64,000 nucleotides of DNA. Source: Candidatus Gottesmanbacteria bacterium RIFCSPLOWO2_01_FULL_43_11b. Its GTDB lineage: Bacteria > Patescibacteriota > Microgenomatia > UBA10105 > UBA927. The notes below the pieces were generated by a model. That model was not told the origin of the DNA. It did no database searches and saw only the letters and a list, made by a program, of their open reading frames with translations. Of the stretch, positions 1-8,395 are shown piece by piece (positions within the stretch are counted from its first letter, which is position 1; each line of letters opens with the position of its first letter). The position numbers were made by a program, and so were the translations under genes. The stretch is taken from contig MFJV01000001.1 of the NCBI GenBank assembly GCA_001780985.1, positions 517,099-581,098 on the forward strand, given 5' to 3'.

Positions 1-451
1 ACTATGGTGCCCTTGTGTTTGGTGAATTGCAGTAAGTAGCGCCTTTTTACGTATTCAAGAGGTACCGGGCCGCCACCAAAAGCATCATTTATTTTTTCGA
101 TATCCTTTGCTCCTAAATAATGAGTCTGAATTTTATGCGTGTTGAGTATGCGGTCTATTTTAGCCAAATCCTTTTCGGTGGCAGTGCCACTTGATAATTT
201 TTGGGCCATGTCATTTATCTTTTTATGTTCCCTTTTGAATCCGTCTATTAGGTCTTTTCTCATGTCACGAGGTATAAAACGATAATTGTTACAGTAATTT
301 ATTATTGCAGTATCATCTTTGATATTCACGCGGAGAAATTCTAAAAGACGCTTTTCTGGGTAAATCCGCGCCTTGCTTCCTCTTTGCGTAGGAAAAGCAC
401 CCCCTAGGCGTATAGCAATGGCAGGTTTTATTTTGTCTTGTTTTGTCGGCA
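1..451 (-). CDS. hypothetical protein, 5' part only; the ORF continues beyond the left edge of the window
   Basis: Reverse-strand reading from the ATG at 449-451 is open to position 1 and beyond (MPTKQDKIKPAIAIRLGG...). It is absent from the ORF track because no stop lies inside the window. It is divergent from the HNH gene. No recognisable motif. Confidence 0.4.
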
Positions 452-468
452 TTTTTGTATGAGACTTA

Positions 469-1710
469 TTGTATAATAGAGCGAAAAGACAAGACAATAT
501 GTCTACACGAGACCCAAGTGAGTTTTCTAAAAAAACAATTGAAACCCTCGCAAAGCGAGCAGCTCAGACCTGCTCTAACCCTGATTGCCGTCGTCCCACA
601 AGTGGACCGCATTCTGATAAAGATAAGTCTGTGATTGTGGGGAAAGCAGCACATATAAAAGGTCAGAAAAAAAATCGAAGTGCACGATATGATACCTCAA
701 TGACAGATGAGCAAAGAGGCGATATTTCAAACGGTATATGGCTTTGTGGTGTTTGTCACGACGTCATCGATAGAGATGAAGTAAAGTACACCCCCGAAGT
801 TTTAAGAGCGTGGAGAATAAAACAAGAAGAGGTGATTAGTAAAGCAATGATAAGCTCTTTAGGATTTAGACAAGATGCAGCAGCATCCCTTTCAGCTGTA
901 AAGGCGGATGTATTAGAAGATGAGAATATCAAAAAAGCTATGCAAGCTTGGGCATCAGGAGATATCGTCATAGCGTTTGAATGTTCTCAAAACGCTTACT
1001 ATCATCCAACTAGTCCAGATGTGAAGTTGCAATCAATAATAAATATGGTTTTACTTTCCCAAGACCAAATAAAACGAGTTGAGTATTATGCTTCGCTTTG
1101 TGATGAGGGAATTATTTTGGCGAGCAAAATCAATGATATTTCAACACGGGCTGTATTAAAAGTTCATAAAGCATATTTTTTGCAGCATAGGGCATTTAGT
1201 AATTCTTTGTTAGTTTATCAGGAAACTCAGATACGGAGTATGGTGGGGTACCCCACTATGAGTGATGTCCAATTAAAACAATTGATTGATGCTATACAGT
1301 TGGATACTAAGGAGATTAATGCGCTCACAAATGACGCACAGAAGGATGCCTACGAAAGTAAAAGTTATTCTGCATTGGCACACGTAAAAATGACAGCTGG
1401 CAATACGATTGGCCTTACATATTTCATTATCAAACAATTGGGTCTTGATACAGGACAAACAGAGCATATGACTATCCGCCTATTAAGCGAGGCAAAAGAT
1501 ATATATGAAAAATTGGGGGACAAAGAAGGTATTGGCAATGCCCTACACAACATTGCAAACAACTTACGCTTTTTTGGTGACATACCAAGAGCGAAAGCTC
1601 TAGCCAGTGAGGCGCTTCAAATAGCAAAAGAGACAGGATATAAAGAGCTTGAAGTAAAAGCAGCAGAACTTTTGAAGGACAGGTTAGAGGAAGATTGGAA
1701 GCCAGAATAA
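469..1710 (+). CDS. HNH endonuclease-domain protein with C-terminal TPR-like helical repeats
   Basis: N-terminal HNH signature in the translation: CSNPDC...AAHIKG...NGIWLCGVCHD (Cys pair, His, Asn, CxxCH). The C-terminal ~100 aa has TPR-like repeats (IGNALHNIANNLRFFGD, AKALASEALQIAKETGY). The true start may be the ATG at 499 (MSTRDP...). Confidence 0.6.
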   Translation: MYNRAKRQDNMSTRDPSEFSKKTIETLAKRAAQTCSNPDCRRPTSGPHSDKDKSVIVGKAAHIKGQKKNRSARYDTSMTDEQRGDISNGIWLCGVCHDVIDRDEVKYTPEVLRAWRIKQEEVISKAMISSLGFRQDAAASLSAVKADVLEDENIKKAMQAWASGDIVIAFECSQNAYYHPTSPDVKLQSIINMVLLSQDQIKRVEYYASLCDEGIILASKINDISTRAVLKVHKAYFLQHRAFSNSLLVYQETQIRSMVGYPTMSDVQLKQLIDAIQLDTKEINALTNDAQKDAYESKSYSALAHVKMTAGNTIGLTYFIIKQLGLDTGQTEHMTIRLLSEAKDIYEKLGDKEGIGNALHNIANNLRFFGDIPRAKALASEALQIAKETGYKELEVKAAELLKDRLEEDWKPE

Positions 1711-1714
1711 AAGT

Positions 1715-2518
1715 ATGGAGAATACCACGACAGAACCGGTGAAAAAGTTTATGGTTGAGTACTTTCAGAGTATTGACCTTGGACATTGGGAAAATAAGAT
1801 TAGTAGCACTAGTAGTAAGATACTTACATTAAAAAATCCTAAAAAGAAGTTGTACTACATAACGGATTTTTACCTTTCTTACCTTCAACTGCTCGAGATA
1901 TTTATTATTAACGCTTTAATTTTTGCCACGAGAGAGCATGCGTTTTTGGAAAATCTATTTATTAGTAATAAAAAGACTAAAGAAAGAGTAGAAAAGTATT
2001 TTAATAAACAATTTTATACTTGGTTTTTAGATAACTATGTTTTTGGGTTTAAAGAAAAAGAAAAAATAAACAACTTTGAACAAAAATATAAAGACTACCT
2101 CAACGTATTAGAAGAGTGTGTAAATGACTACACAAAAGATTACGATTTCCTTAATGCTTATAAACACGGTTTTAGAGTAAATGCTACAGATAAGGGCGCG
2201 GTTGCTATTAACGGTTATCCATTGCTTAATACCAATACAGTATTTACCTATTTTTCAAAAGAGTTTGACGAAAAGGAAAAAGAAGACATTATTTATAGAA
2301 AAACTATCATGCTTAATTACGAAAGATTTATTATGAAAGCACATTTTCTATTATCCATGTTACAAAATACTCAAAAGGTATTTTTGGGACAAGAGCATAG
2401 ACCGGGTAAACAGTTTAAGTTAGACCACTTTTTTATTGTAGACGAGAAAAAATGGAACAAAAGCTACGGATTTTACAGGCACAAAGAACCTCTTTTCGCA
2501 AAACATAGAAAAATATGA
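1715..2518 (+). CDS. hypothetical protein (second gene of the HNH operon)
   Basis: 267-aa ORF starting 5 nt after the HNH stop. Very AT-rich and Lys/Asn/Phe/Tyr-rich; no recognisable motif. Its stop overlaps the next start (ATGA). Confidence 0.5.
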   Translation: MENTTTEPVKKFMVEYFQSIDLGHWENKISSTSSKILTLKNPKKKLYYITDFYLSYLQLLEIFIINALIFATREHAFLENLFISNKKTKERVEKYFNKQFYTWFLDNYVFGFKEKEKINNFEQKYKDYLNVLEECVNDYTKDYDFLNAYKHGFRVNATDKGAVAINGYPLLNTNTVFTYFSKEFDEKEKEDIIYRKTIMLNYERFIMKAHFLLSMLQNTQKVFLGQEHRPGKQFKLDHFFIVDEKKWNKSYGFYRHKEPLFAKHRKI

Positions 2519-3366
2519 TAGGAACACAAACAATCACTGCAACACACCTGCCAAAGGTAGGAGATAGAGAAGATTTTTCAATGCGTGCAGTTGGACCCGG
2601 GGAAACAGATTATAATTTCCCATTGTCTATGACCGGCACGATATTAGCCATTTGGCAAGAAGACCCTAAACATGCGGCAGAGTATCTAACACGTAATATA
2701 TTAGGCGTTATTGGTACCGCCTCTGCACCGCCTGAGGAAGGTTTTTGGTTTGATAGTTATAATTCAGGAGATACATTAAAAGAAACAGCGGATAAGGTAC
2801 GTAACTACGGCATTAAATCATTTACAAAGGGCAAAATCAGAAACGCCTTTATACGTTTACTTGGTGAAGAACTTTTTGATGAAAAAGAAAAACTCGATAA
2901 GTTCTTTGTAAGTAAATATGGATATGAGTTTTTTCGCTCATTTGAGGATGCTTTTGAGGATAGTCAAGCAATAGAGGATTTGAGCACACCGGCTAAAGAC
3001 AATGCACACTTTTTATATCGCATTTGTATATTATCGGGTTTTATTGACCATATCAATGTTAGGGTCGCTCAGGAGAGTACAAGCGTTTTGAGTCTACAGG
3101 CATTAAAGAATTGGCTAAAAATCAATCTCGATGAGCGACGAGCAAATGATTTAACCAAAACGTTTCAAATGATAAAAAACCTTCGTAAGCAATATCCGAT
3201 ACATGAACACTTTACCATTACAGCAGAAGGACGTCGGGTTGTTCGAGATGAAATAAGAGAGGCAAAAAAGTACTTTAATATAACACCCGACTTAGAAAGA
3301 AGCTGGTTAAATGTTTTTACAGATTTCAAAAATAGTCTTGCTGAAATTAGGAAGACCCTTCAATAG
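2515..3366 (+). CDS. hypothetical protein (third gene of the HNH operon)
   Basis: 283-aa ORF translationally coupled to the previous gene by a 4-nt overlap. No recognisable motif. Confidence 0.5.
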   Translation: MIGTQTITATHLPKVGDREDFSMRAVGPGETDYNFPLSMTGTILAIWQEDPKHAAEYLTRNILGVIGTASAPPEEGFWFDSYNSGDTLKETADKVRNYGIKSFTKGKIRNAFIRLLGEELFDEKEKLDKFFVSKYGYEFFRSFEDAFEDSQAIEDLSTPAKDNAHFLYRICILSGFIDHINVRVAQESTSVLSLQALKNWLKINLDERRANDLTKTFQMIKNLRKQYPIHEHFTITAEGRRVVRDEIREAKKYFNITPDLERSWLNVFTDFKNSLAEIRKTLQ

Positions 3367-3381
3367 ATTATTTATTTCTAT

Positions 3382-3879
3382 TTATTCGCTCCAAAAACTC
3401 ATGCTGTGGATTTCACCCGTATCCTCTTTGATAAGTAAGAAGTAATAATTTTTATCTATTCCCTCAAACACTAGTAAGTTTACTCCGTTGCGAGATACAG
3501 GCTGAGGCAGTAAGTTTTTCCCCGTGTGTTTTCCGTAAGCTTGATTTATTAACTCTATCATCGCGCCGATAACAATAGCATCGTTACGCGGTAGGAACGG
3601 CTGAAACGTGGCTACATATTTCGACGTGCCCTGTTGATACAAGATTGTGTAGTTATAGTCCATGTATACTCCCTGGATTTGTTGGACTTCGCCTGTTGGA
3701 GTCGGCGTTTCTGTTTTCTCTATAGAGGGGGGAGAGACTTCTTTTTGGGCTGTTTTTGTAGAAGCAGTATTGCTACTTACAAGTGCTAAGCCTATTACGC
3801 CGGATAGAAGTGTGACGATAAACAGAGCGAACGCGAGTTTTCCAAACGGCCCCTTATACCACGGGTTAGATTCTTCCAT
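3382..3879 (-). CDS. membrane-anchored hypothetical protein
   Basis: ORF 3382..3951. The likely start is the internal Met (MEESNPWYKGPFGKLAFALFIVTLLSGVIG), followed by one TM helix and a Thr/Pro-rich linker. The start is uncertain. Confidence 0.4.
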   Translation of the reverse strand: MEESNPWYKGPFGKLAFALFIVTLLSGVIGLALVSSNTASTKTAQKEVSPPSIEKTETPTPTGEVQQIQGVYMDYNYTILYQQGTSKYVATFQPFLPRNDAIVIGAMIELINQAYGKHTGKNLLPQPVSRNGVNLLVFEGIDKNYYFLLIKEDTGEIHSMSFWSE

Positions 3880-3995
3880 AAGTTTTGTTGGTGAAATGGT
3901 AACACTTAGTTGGTACAAAGACAAGCAACATATGAAGCTAAAAGGTAACATACAGTAGGTGTTATGAAATAAGACATACCCATACGCTAAAGCAT

Positions 3996-4208
3996 ATGGG
4001 TACAGAGCGAGAGAAAAAACTGGGTAGGCGTATCAAACGATTGAGGAAACAAGCGAAATTGACTCAAGAGGAAATGGCTGAGAAGCTACGTCTAAGCTCC
4101 AAATACATTCAGTTTATAGAAGCCGGAACAAGGATGCCGTCACTAAAAACGATATACAAAGTCGCCCGGGCGCTTGGCGTGAAAGTACAGAAACTATTTC
4201 CCTTTTAG
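3996..4208 (+). CDS. XRE-family helix-turn-helix transcriptional regulator
   Basis: 70 aa, LGRRIKRLRKQAKLTQEEMAEKLRLSSKYIQFIEAGTRMPSLKTIYKVARALGV. This is the classic Cro/C1-type HTH pattern. Confidence 0.8.
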   Translation: MGTEREKKLGRRIKRLRKQAKLTQEEMAEKLRLSSKYIQFIEAGTRMPSLKTIYKVARALGVKVQKLFPF

Positions 4209-4708
4209 GCTGACTGGTTAGGATTAGCTTGTTGATTATCAAGTTCTCGTTTTACCTGCTCTGCTAGATGACTGTAGTCTGTTTTGTCATTTTCTCGCTC
4301 TAAATCATCAAGAAGCTGGCTGATGTCATCCGGTTCCACTTGAGCCACCTCTTGCCGGCTAACAAAAAACGGTTGGCAGCTCCGGTGCTTTTCTGCGAAG
4401 AAGCGAAGGTTACGCCACTCTTCGTCGGTTACTGGCTGTCCAATCTTGACCTTTTCGTCAATGCTAAGGATTAGCCGGTAAAAAATGCTGTTTACTACTT
4501 CGCCCGGATAGCGTTGAAAAGCGTCTATTTTTTCCGAAAACCAGTCTTTTAGCCTGTACTTTTCGTAAATTGCTGACTTGTGCTTGATAAGCAAGGCTTT
4601 CTCTATAGCAAAATAGAGGCTGTTACCGATTTTTAGAAAAGGCGCCATTTCGGTAAGCCATATTTGATATTGTTCGTCAGGATATTCTGGTCTTCCTATA
4701 TCAGTCAT
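4205..4708 (-). CDS. hypothetical protein
   Basis: 167-aa ORF convergent with the XRE gene; the 3' ends overlap by 4 nt. No recognisable motif. Confidence 0.45.
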   Translation of the reverse strand: MTDIGRPEYPDEQYQIWLTEMAPFLKIGNSLYFAIEKALLIKHKSAIYEKYRLKDWFSEKIDAFQRYPGEVVNSIFYRLILSIDEKVKIGQPVTDEEWRNLRFFAEKHRSCQPFFVSRQEVAQVEPDDISQLLDDLERENDKTDYSHLAEQVKRELDNQQANPNQSA

Positions 4709-4867
4709 AAAGTTGCTATCCGTTTCATAATTCCGTATGTGATACAGTAATAGGTGAAAGGCGTAAAGCGTGGCGTGGGGTAAGTATTTTGACTGAACGG
4801 GTAAGCACGCCGTACCAGCGGAAGATGTAATCTGTAAGCTGGTTCCAGATATTATCCGTGATGTCCA

Positions 4868-5173
4868 CTATTTATTCTTTTTGACTTCAGTAAGGAGTTC
4901 TTTTTTTACTCGTTTTGCCCGCATTGCGATAACCTTTTCTATATCCTCCCGCGCTTCTTTTTTGAGAAATTCGAGAAGATTGATATCTGTCGGATTATTT
5001 TGGAAATGCGTTAAGAATGTGCCGTGATAATGCTTTGGCAAGTGGCTAAGAATCTCGTCGAGGATATGCGTATGAAGTGTGTCGTCGATAATTTTGAGAA
5101 TGTCTTTTTTATTCCCGACAACCGCAACTATTTCTTCAAAAAATATGAGATTATCGTAAAATCTTTTTGTCAT
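4868..5173 (-). CDS. hypothetical small protein
   Basis: 101-aa ORF. Its start overlaps the stop of the downstream-strand neighbour at 5170-5173. No motif. Confidence 0.4.
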   Translation of the reverse strand: MTKRFYDNLIFFEEIVAVVGNKKDILKIIDDTLHTHILDEILSHLPKHYHGTFLTHFQNNPTDINLLEFLKKEAREDIEKVIAMRAKRVKKELLTEVKKNK

Positions 5174-5934
5174 GTTGGTCCTAACGGGACACTATTTTCG
5201 GGATCATCTACAAAGAATAACAAAACTGCACCTTTTTGCATACCCACATTTAATCCTAAATGTGCCATGAGCTCGGGTGATCCACCGAAATGTTTTCCTG
5301 TCCAGCTTGCTGGTCCCGCGTCACCAATAATTGCAACGATGGACTTTCCGTTTTTCGGATTGACGACGAGAACTTTTCTCCATTTATACCAATCCTTAAG
5401 TTCCGGCTGGCGAGTATTCCAATCAGGTAAGTAGAGTGTTTGCACTGCCACGTAGTATTTTTCTTTTTGAATGAGGTCAGGAGAGAGTTCTATCTTTGAA
5501 TTTGCAAAATACCCCCACGCGCCACGCCCAGGAGTAATACCAGATTTTTGAAATTCGTCGTGTTGGTCGATTGTATCTCCTGGAAATCGGGGAAGATGCT
5601 GCTCAGCTCCCATAAACCCGTAATTTTGATTGAGGCGGTTTCCGTCAAGTTCTGCAACGACATGTATACCAAACATGTTTTTGAGCACCTCAAGGATTTT
5701 TTCCTCAATCTCCGGTATGAGCGGGCCGACAGAGATCGGGAGGAGCGAGGTAAGCGTTGAGGAAGAAAGCGTAACCCGAGACGGAGTTGATAGGAGGGCC
5801 GGGCTCGAAAGGAGGAGGGTTCCGGTTAATGCACCAGTGGTAATCATCCTTGCTGCGTGTGGGTGGTGGGATGCGAGGAGTTTTGCTGCCTGGAGTTGTT
5901 TCTTTTTGAGCCTCGAAAGGAGAGTGGTATCCAT
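5170..5934 (-). CDS. secreted RlpA-like double-psi beta-barrel (DPBB) domain protein
   Basis: N-terminal signal/TM region and a Ser/Thr/Leu-rich linker. The C-terminus (VVNPKNGKSIVAIIGDAGPASWTGKHFGGSPELMAHLGL) resembles the RlpA/3D DPBB motif (V.N..NG.S.V..I.DRGP....IDLS..A...LG). Confidence 0.5.
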   Translation of the reverse strand: MDTTLLSRLKKKQLQAAKLLASHHPHAARMITTGALTGTLLLSSPALLSTPSRVTLSSSTLTSLLPISVGPLIPEIEEKILEVLKNMFGIHVVAELDGNRLNQNYGFMGAEQHLPRFPGDTIDQHDEFQKSGITPGRGAWGYFANSKIELSPDLIQKEKYYVAVQTLYLPDWNTRQPELKDWYKWRKVLVVNPKNGKSIVAIIGDAGPASWTGKHFGGSPELMAHLGLNVGMQKGAVLLFFVDDPENSVPLGPT

Positions 5935-5957
5935 TGGATCTATAATACACTAAATAT

Positions 5958-6551
5958 ATGGAATTTCTTGACATTCTTTTTCCAAAGAGATGTTTGAGGT
6001 GTGGAAGAATTGGGAAGTATTTTTGTCCTTCATGTCGCACAACAATAGCTTCCATTAATACACCAATGTATCCGATAGGTTTGAATGGTTTGACGTGTTT
6101 TTTTCGTTACCAAGGTATTATTCAGAAAGCAATTAAAGCACTCAAGTATCGCTCCATCTCCGACCTTGCATCAGAGTTTGTGTCATTAATACCGCAAGTG
6201 GAGATTCCAAATGTTGATGTTTTTATACCGGTTCCGCTTCATGCCTCTCGGTATCGACAGCGGGGATTTAATCAGGCAGAAGTTTTGGGAAGGCTCATTG
6301 CAGAGAAATTGCATATCCCTATTCGTACCGATATACTCAGACGCATCAAACGAACAACGCCACAGGTGGAAATGAAGAAACGAAAAGAACGATTAAAAAA
6401 TATGGAAAAAGTATTTGCTGCAACATATTCGCCGGAGCGCGTTTTACTATTTGATGATGTGTTTACAACAGGGGCAACGATACGATCAGCAGCAAATGTT
6501 TTAAAACGTGCTGGTGCCAAATTTATTTGGGGAATGACTATGGCACGATAG
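5958..6551 (+). CDS. comF: ComF-family protein (competence protein F, PRTase-like)
   Basis: N-terminal double CxxC zinc ribbon (CLRCGRIGKYFCPSCR) and a C-terminal PRTase fold motif (LLFDDVFTTGATI). This is the ComFC architecture. Confidence 0.8.
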   Translation: MEFLDILFPKRCLRCGRIGKYFCPSCRTTIASINTPMYPIGLNGLTCFFRYQGIIQKAIKALKYRSISDLASEFVSLIPQVEIPNVDVFIPVPLHASRYRQRGFNQAEVLGRLIAEKLHIPIRTDILRRIKRTTPQVEMKKRKERLKNMEKVFAATYSPERVLLFDDVFTTGATIRSAANVLKRAGAKFIWGMTMAR

Positions 6552-6552
6552 T

Positions 6553-7179
6553 ATGAATATTGCAATTGTTGCAGGCGGTAAGTTGCAGAAACGATTTTTT
6601 AAAAAAATTCGCAGCGCGGATAAAATTATTGGTGTTGATCGAGGCGCCCTGTGGTTAGTTGCAAACAAAATACTTCCCGATGTTGCCTTTGGAGATTTTG
6701 ATTCTGTTACAAAGAAAGATCTGAAAATAATTAAACAGAAAGTAAAGAAGGTTATAAAATATCCACAAAAGAAAGACGCAACGGATTTAGAACTTGCCGT
6801 TGACTATGCCATCAGTCTTAAGCCAAAAAAAGTCGTGATTTTCGGCGGTATCGGGACACGTCTTGATCATACGATAGCCGCTGTGCATCTTCTTGAAAAA
6901 TTCTTGAAAAAAGGAATTGCCGGTAACGTTATTGATGGGAAAAACAAAATGACACTGGTAAAAGATTCGCACGCTGTAAGCAGAAGTCCACATCATTATG
7001 TCTCGATTTTGCCATTCACCCCGTCTATCGTTATTTCTCTTTCCGGATTTGCATACCCCCTTACCCGAAAGCGGCTCATTCGCGGCACATCGCGGGGTAT
7101 AAGTAATGTTGTTATTGAGAAATCGGCAATAATCGAAGTGCACGAAGGTATTGCTCTGGTTATTAAAAGTCGAGATTAA
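6553..7179 (+). CDS. thiN: thiamine pyrophosphokinase
   Basis: Motifs GVDRGA, GDFDS, ATDLELA and GGIGTRLDH match the TPK catalytic-domain signature. Confidence 0.7.
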   Translation: MNIAIVAGGKLQKRFFKKIRSADKIIGVDRGALWLVANKILPDVAFGDFDSVTKKDLKIIKQKVKKVIKYPQKKDATDLELAVDYAISLKPKKVVIFGGIGTRLDHTIAAVHLLEKFLKKGIAGNVIDGKNKMTLVKDSHAVSRSPHHYVSILPFTPSIVISLSGFAYPLTRKRLIRGTSRGISNVVIEKSAIIEVHEGIALVIKSRD

Positions 7180-7431
7180 GCGGAGCACTATTTACAGTGT
7201 TATAACCTATTTGAAAACTACTCAAATACCTGCACATGATTGCTTCACGACAATTCTTACTCTCAACAATGGCGACCATAACCCCTGAAACATGCAATCT
7301 ATCATTTTTGGACCCGGCTTTTCATCACTTAACGACCAGTTTGTTTTTGTTGTTAAAATTAGTAGCGCCACAACAACAATAACGACCGTGGTCAAGATTA
7401 TTTGAATCAAATTATGTTTATTCATGATTTG

Positions 7432-7514
7432 CGGAGGGTAGAGGACTCGAACCTCTAAGAGCTTACGCTCACAGGTTTTCAAGACCTGCGCAATAGCCGT
7501 TCTGCCAACCCTCC
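7432..7514 (-). tRNA. tRNA-Ser (anticodon TGA)
   Basis: Reverse complement folds as a cloverleaf: acceptor GGAGGGT/ACCCTCC, anticodon stem CAGGT/ACCTG with loop CTTGAAA, long variable arm, T-loop TTCGAGT. Confidence 0.8.
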
Positions 7515-7522
7515 AAAAAAAG

Positions 7523-7607
7523 CGGAGAGTGTGGGAGTCGAACCCACTCACCGTTATTCACGGTGCAGGTTTAGCAAACCTGTGCCTTACCGTCCGGCCC
7601 ACTCTCC
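7523..7607 (-). tRNA. tRNA-Ser (anticodon GCT)
   Basis: Reverse complement: acceptor GGAGAGT/ACTCTCC, anticodon stem CAGGT/ACCTG with loop TTGCTAA, long variable arm, T-loop TTCGACT. Confidence 0.8.
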
Positions 7608-7659
7608 TATAACGTCATTATACCAAAAATAGGCTTTTTCTCTGTGATATACTAGCTCT

Positions 7660-8181
7660 ATGGATACCTCTACCGAAAAAAAGAACGAAGAAAAAAGAGA
7701 AGAGGTGTATCTTGAGTGGAGTTCTCCCTCGCGACTTTTTAAAAAGCGGGATCGTGAGTATTTCACAAATATCGCGGCCATTGTCTTTCTTTTATCGATT
7801 ATTTTAGTGTTTGCTCGGGAATTTGTTCTGATTGCTGCAGTACTTTCGATTGTATTTTTGATTTATGTCCTCTCGACTATTCCCCCGGAGGAGGTCAAAC
7901 ACAGAATTACCAATCTCGGCATTGAAAGCGCCGGCGCATTTTACCGGTGGGAGCAACTCTTTGAATTTTGGTACGAGGAACAGTGGGGTCAAACGCTTTT
8001 GGTGCTCCGCCCGTTCATCGGTCCTCGCGTGATTATACTTTTGGGCGGTAAAGATCGAAATAGTGTGCGTGAATATATTGCCAAACACATACCGTTTCGC
8101 GAGACTCCGCAAAAAACGTGGGTCGATAACGCCGCACGTTGGCTTACGAACAAAATCCCCCTCGAAAAGCCTACGAGCTAA
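7660..8181 (+). CDS. membrane protein, hypothetical
   Basis: 173-aa ORF with two predicted TM helices (IAAIVFLLSIILVFAREFVLIAAVLSIVFLIYVL). No recognisable motif. Confidence 0.45.
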   Translation: MDTSTEKKNEEKREEVYLEWSSPSRLFKKRDREYFTNIAAIVFLLSIILVFAREFVLIAAVLSIVFLIYVLSTIPPEEVKHRITNLGIESAGAFYRWEQLFEFWYEEQWGQTLLVLRPFIGPRVIILLGGKDRNSVREYIAKHIPFRETPQKTWVDNAARWLTNKIPLEKPTS

Positions 8182-8219
8182 TTTCGTTTCCCCGCGGTTC
8201 CAGGGTATAATAGAGCCAC

Positions 8220-8291
8220 GCTCCCGTAGTTTAACGGATAGAATAGGGGTTTGCGGAACCTCTGATCGCAGTTCGATTCTGCGCGGGAGCG
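8220..8291 (+). tRNA. tRNA-Arg (anticodon reads GCG)
   Basis: 72 nt. Acceptor GCTCCCG/CGGGAGC, anticodon stem GGGGT/ACCTC with loop TTGCGGA, T-loop TTCGATT. The sequence is nearly identical in form to the tRNA-Arg(CCG) at 11660. The GCG anticodon is unusual and should be confirmed. Confidence 0.6.
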
Positions 8292-8297
8292 CCCGGT

Positions 8298-8385
8298 GGA
8301 GGGGTGCAGGGAATGGCTATCCGGACAGTCTCGAAAACTGTTGTCTCCGAAAGGGGACTTGTGGGTTCGAGTCCCACCCCCTCCG
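8298..8385 (+). tRNA. tRNA-Ser (anticodon CGA)
   Basis: Acceptor GGAGGGG/CCCCTCC, anticodon stem ACAGT/ACTGT with loop CTCGAAA, long variable arm, T-stem GTGGG/CCCAC. Confidence 0.8.
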
Positions 8386-8395
8386 CTCATTTTTT

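Noticed and set aside
7222-7551. Minus-strand ORF 7222..7551 and its shorter variant starting at 7425 (67-aa single-TM peptide)
   Set aside because: The long form overlaps tRNA-Ser(TGA). The short form has no Shine-Dalgarno; the upstream sequence is the tRNA itself. It is a possible small membrane protein, but the evidence is insufficient.
8063-8395. 5' extension of the ORF-track ORF 8063..9199 (MCVNILPN...)
   Set aside because: It runs straight through tRNA-Arg (8220-8291) and tRNA-Ser (8298-8385). The SurE homology begins only at the ATG at 8396, so the upstream part is a non-coding read-through.
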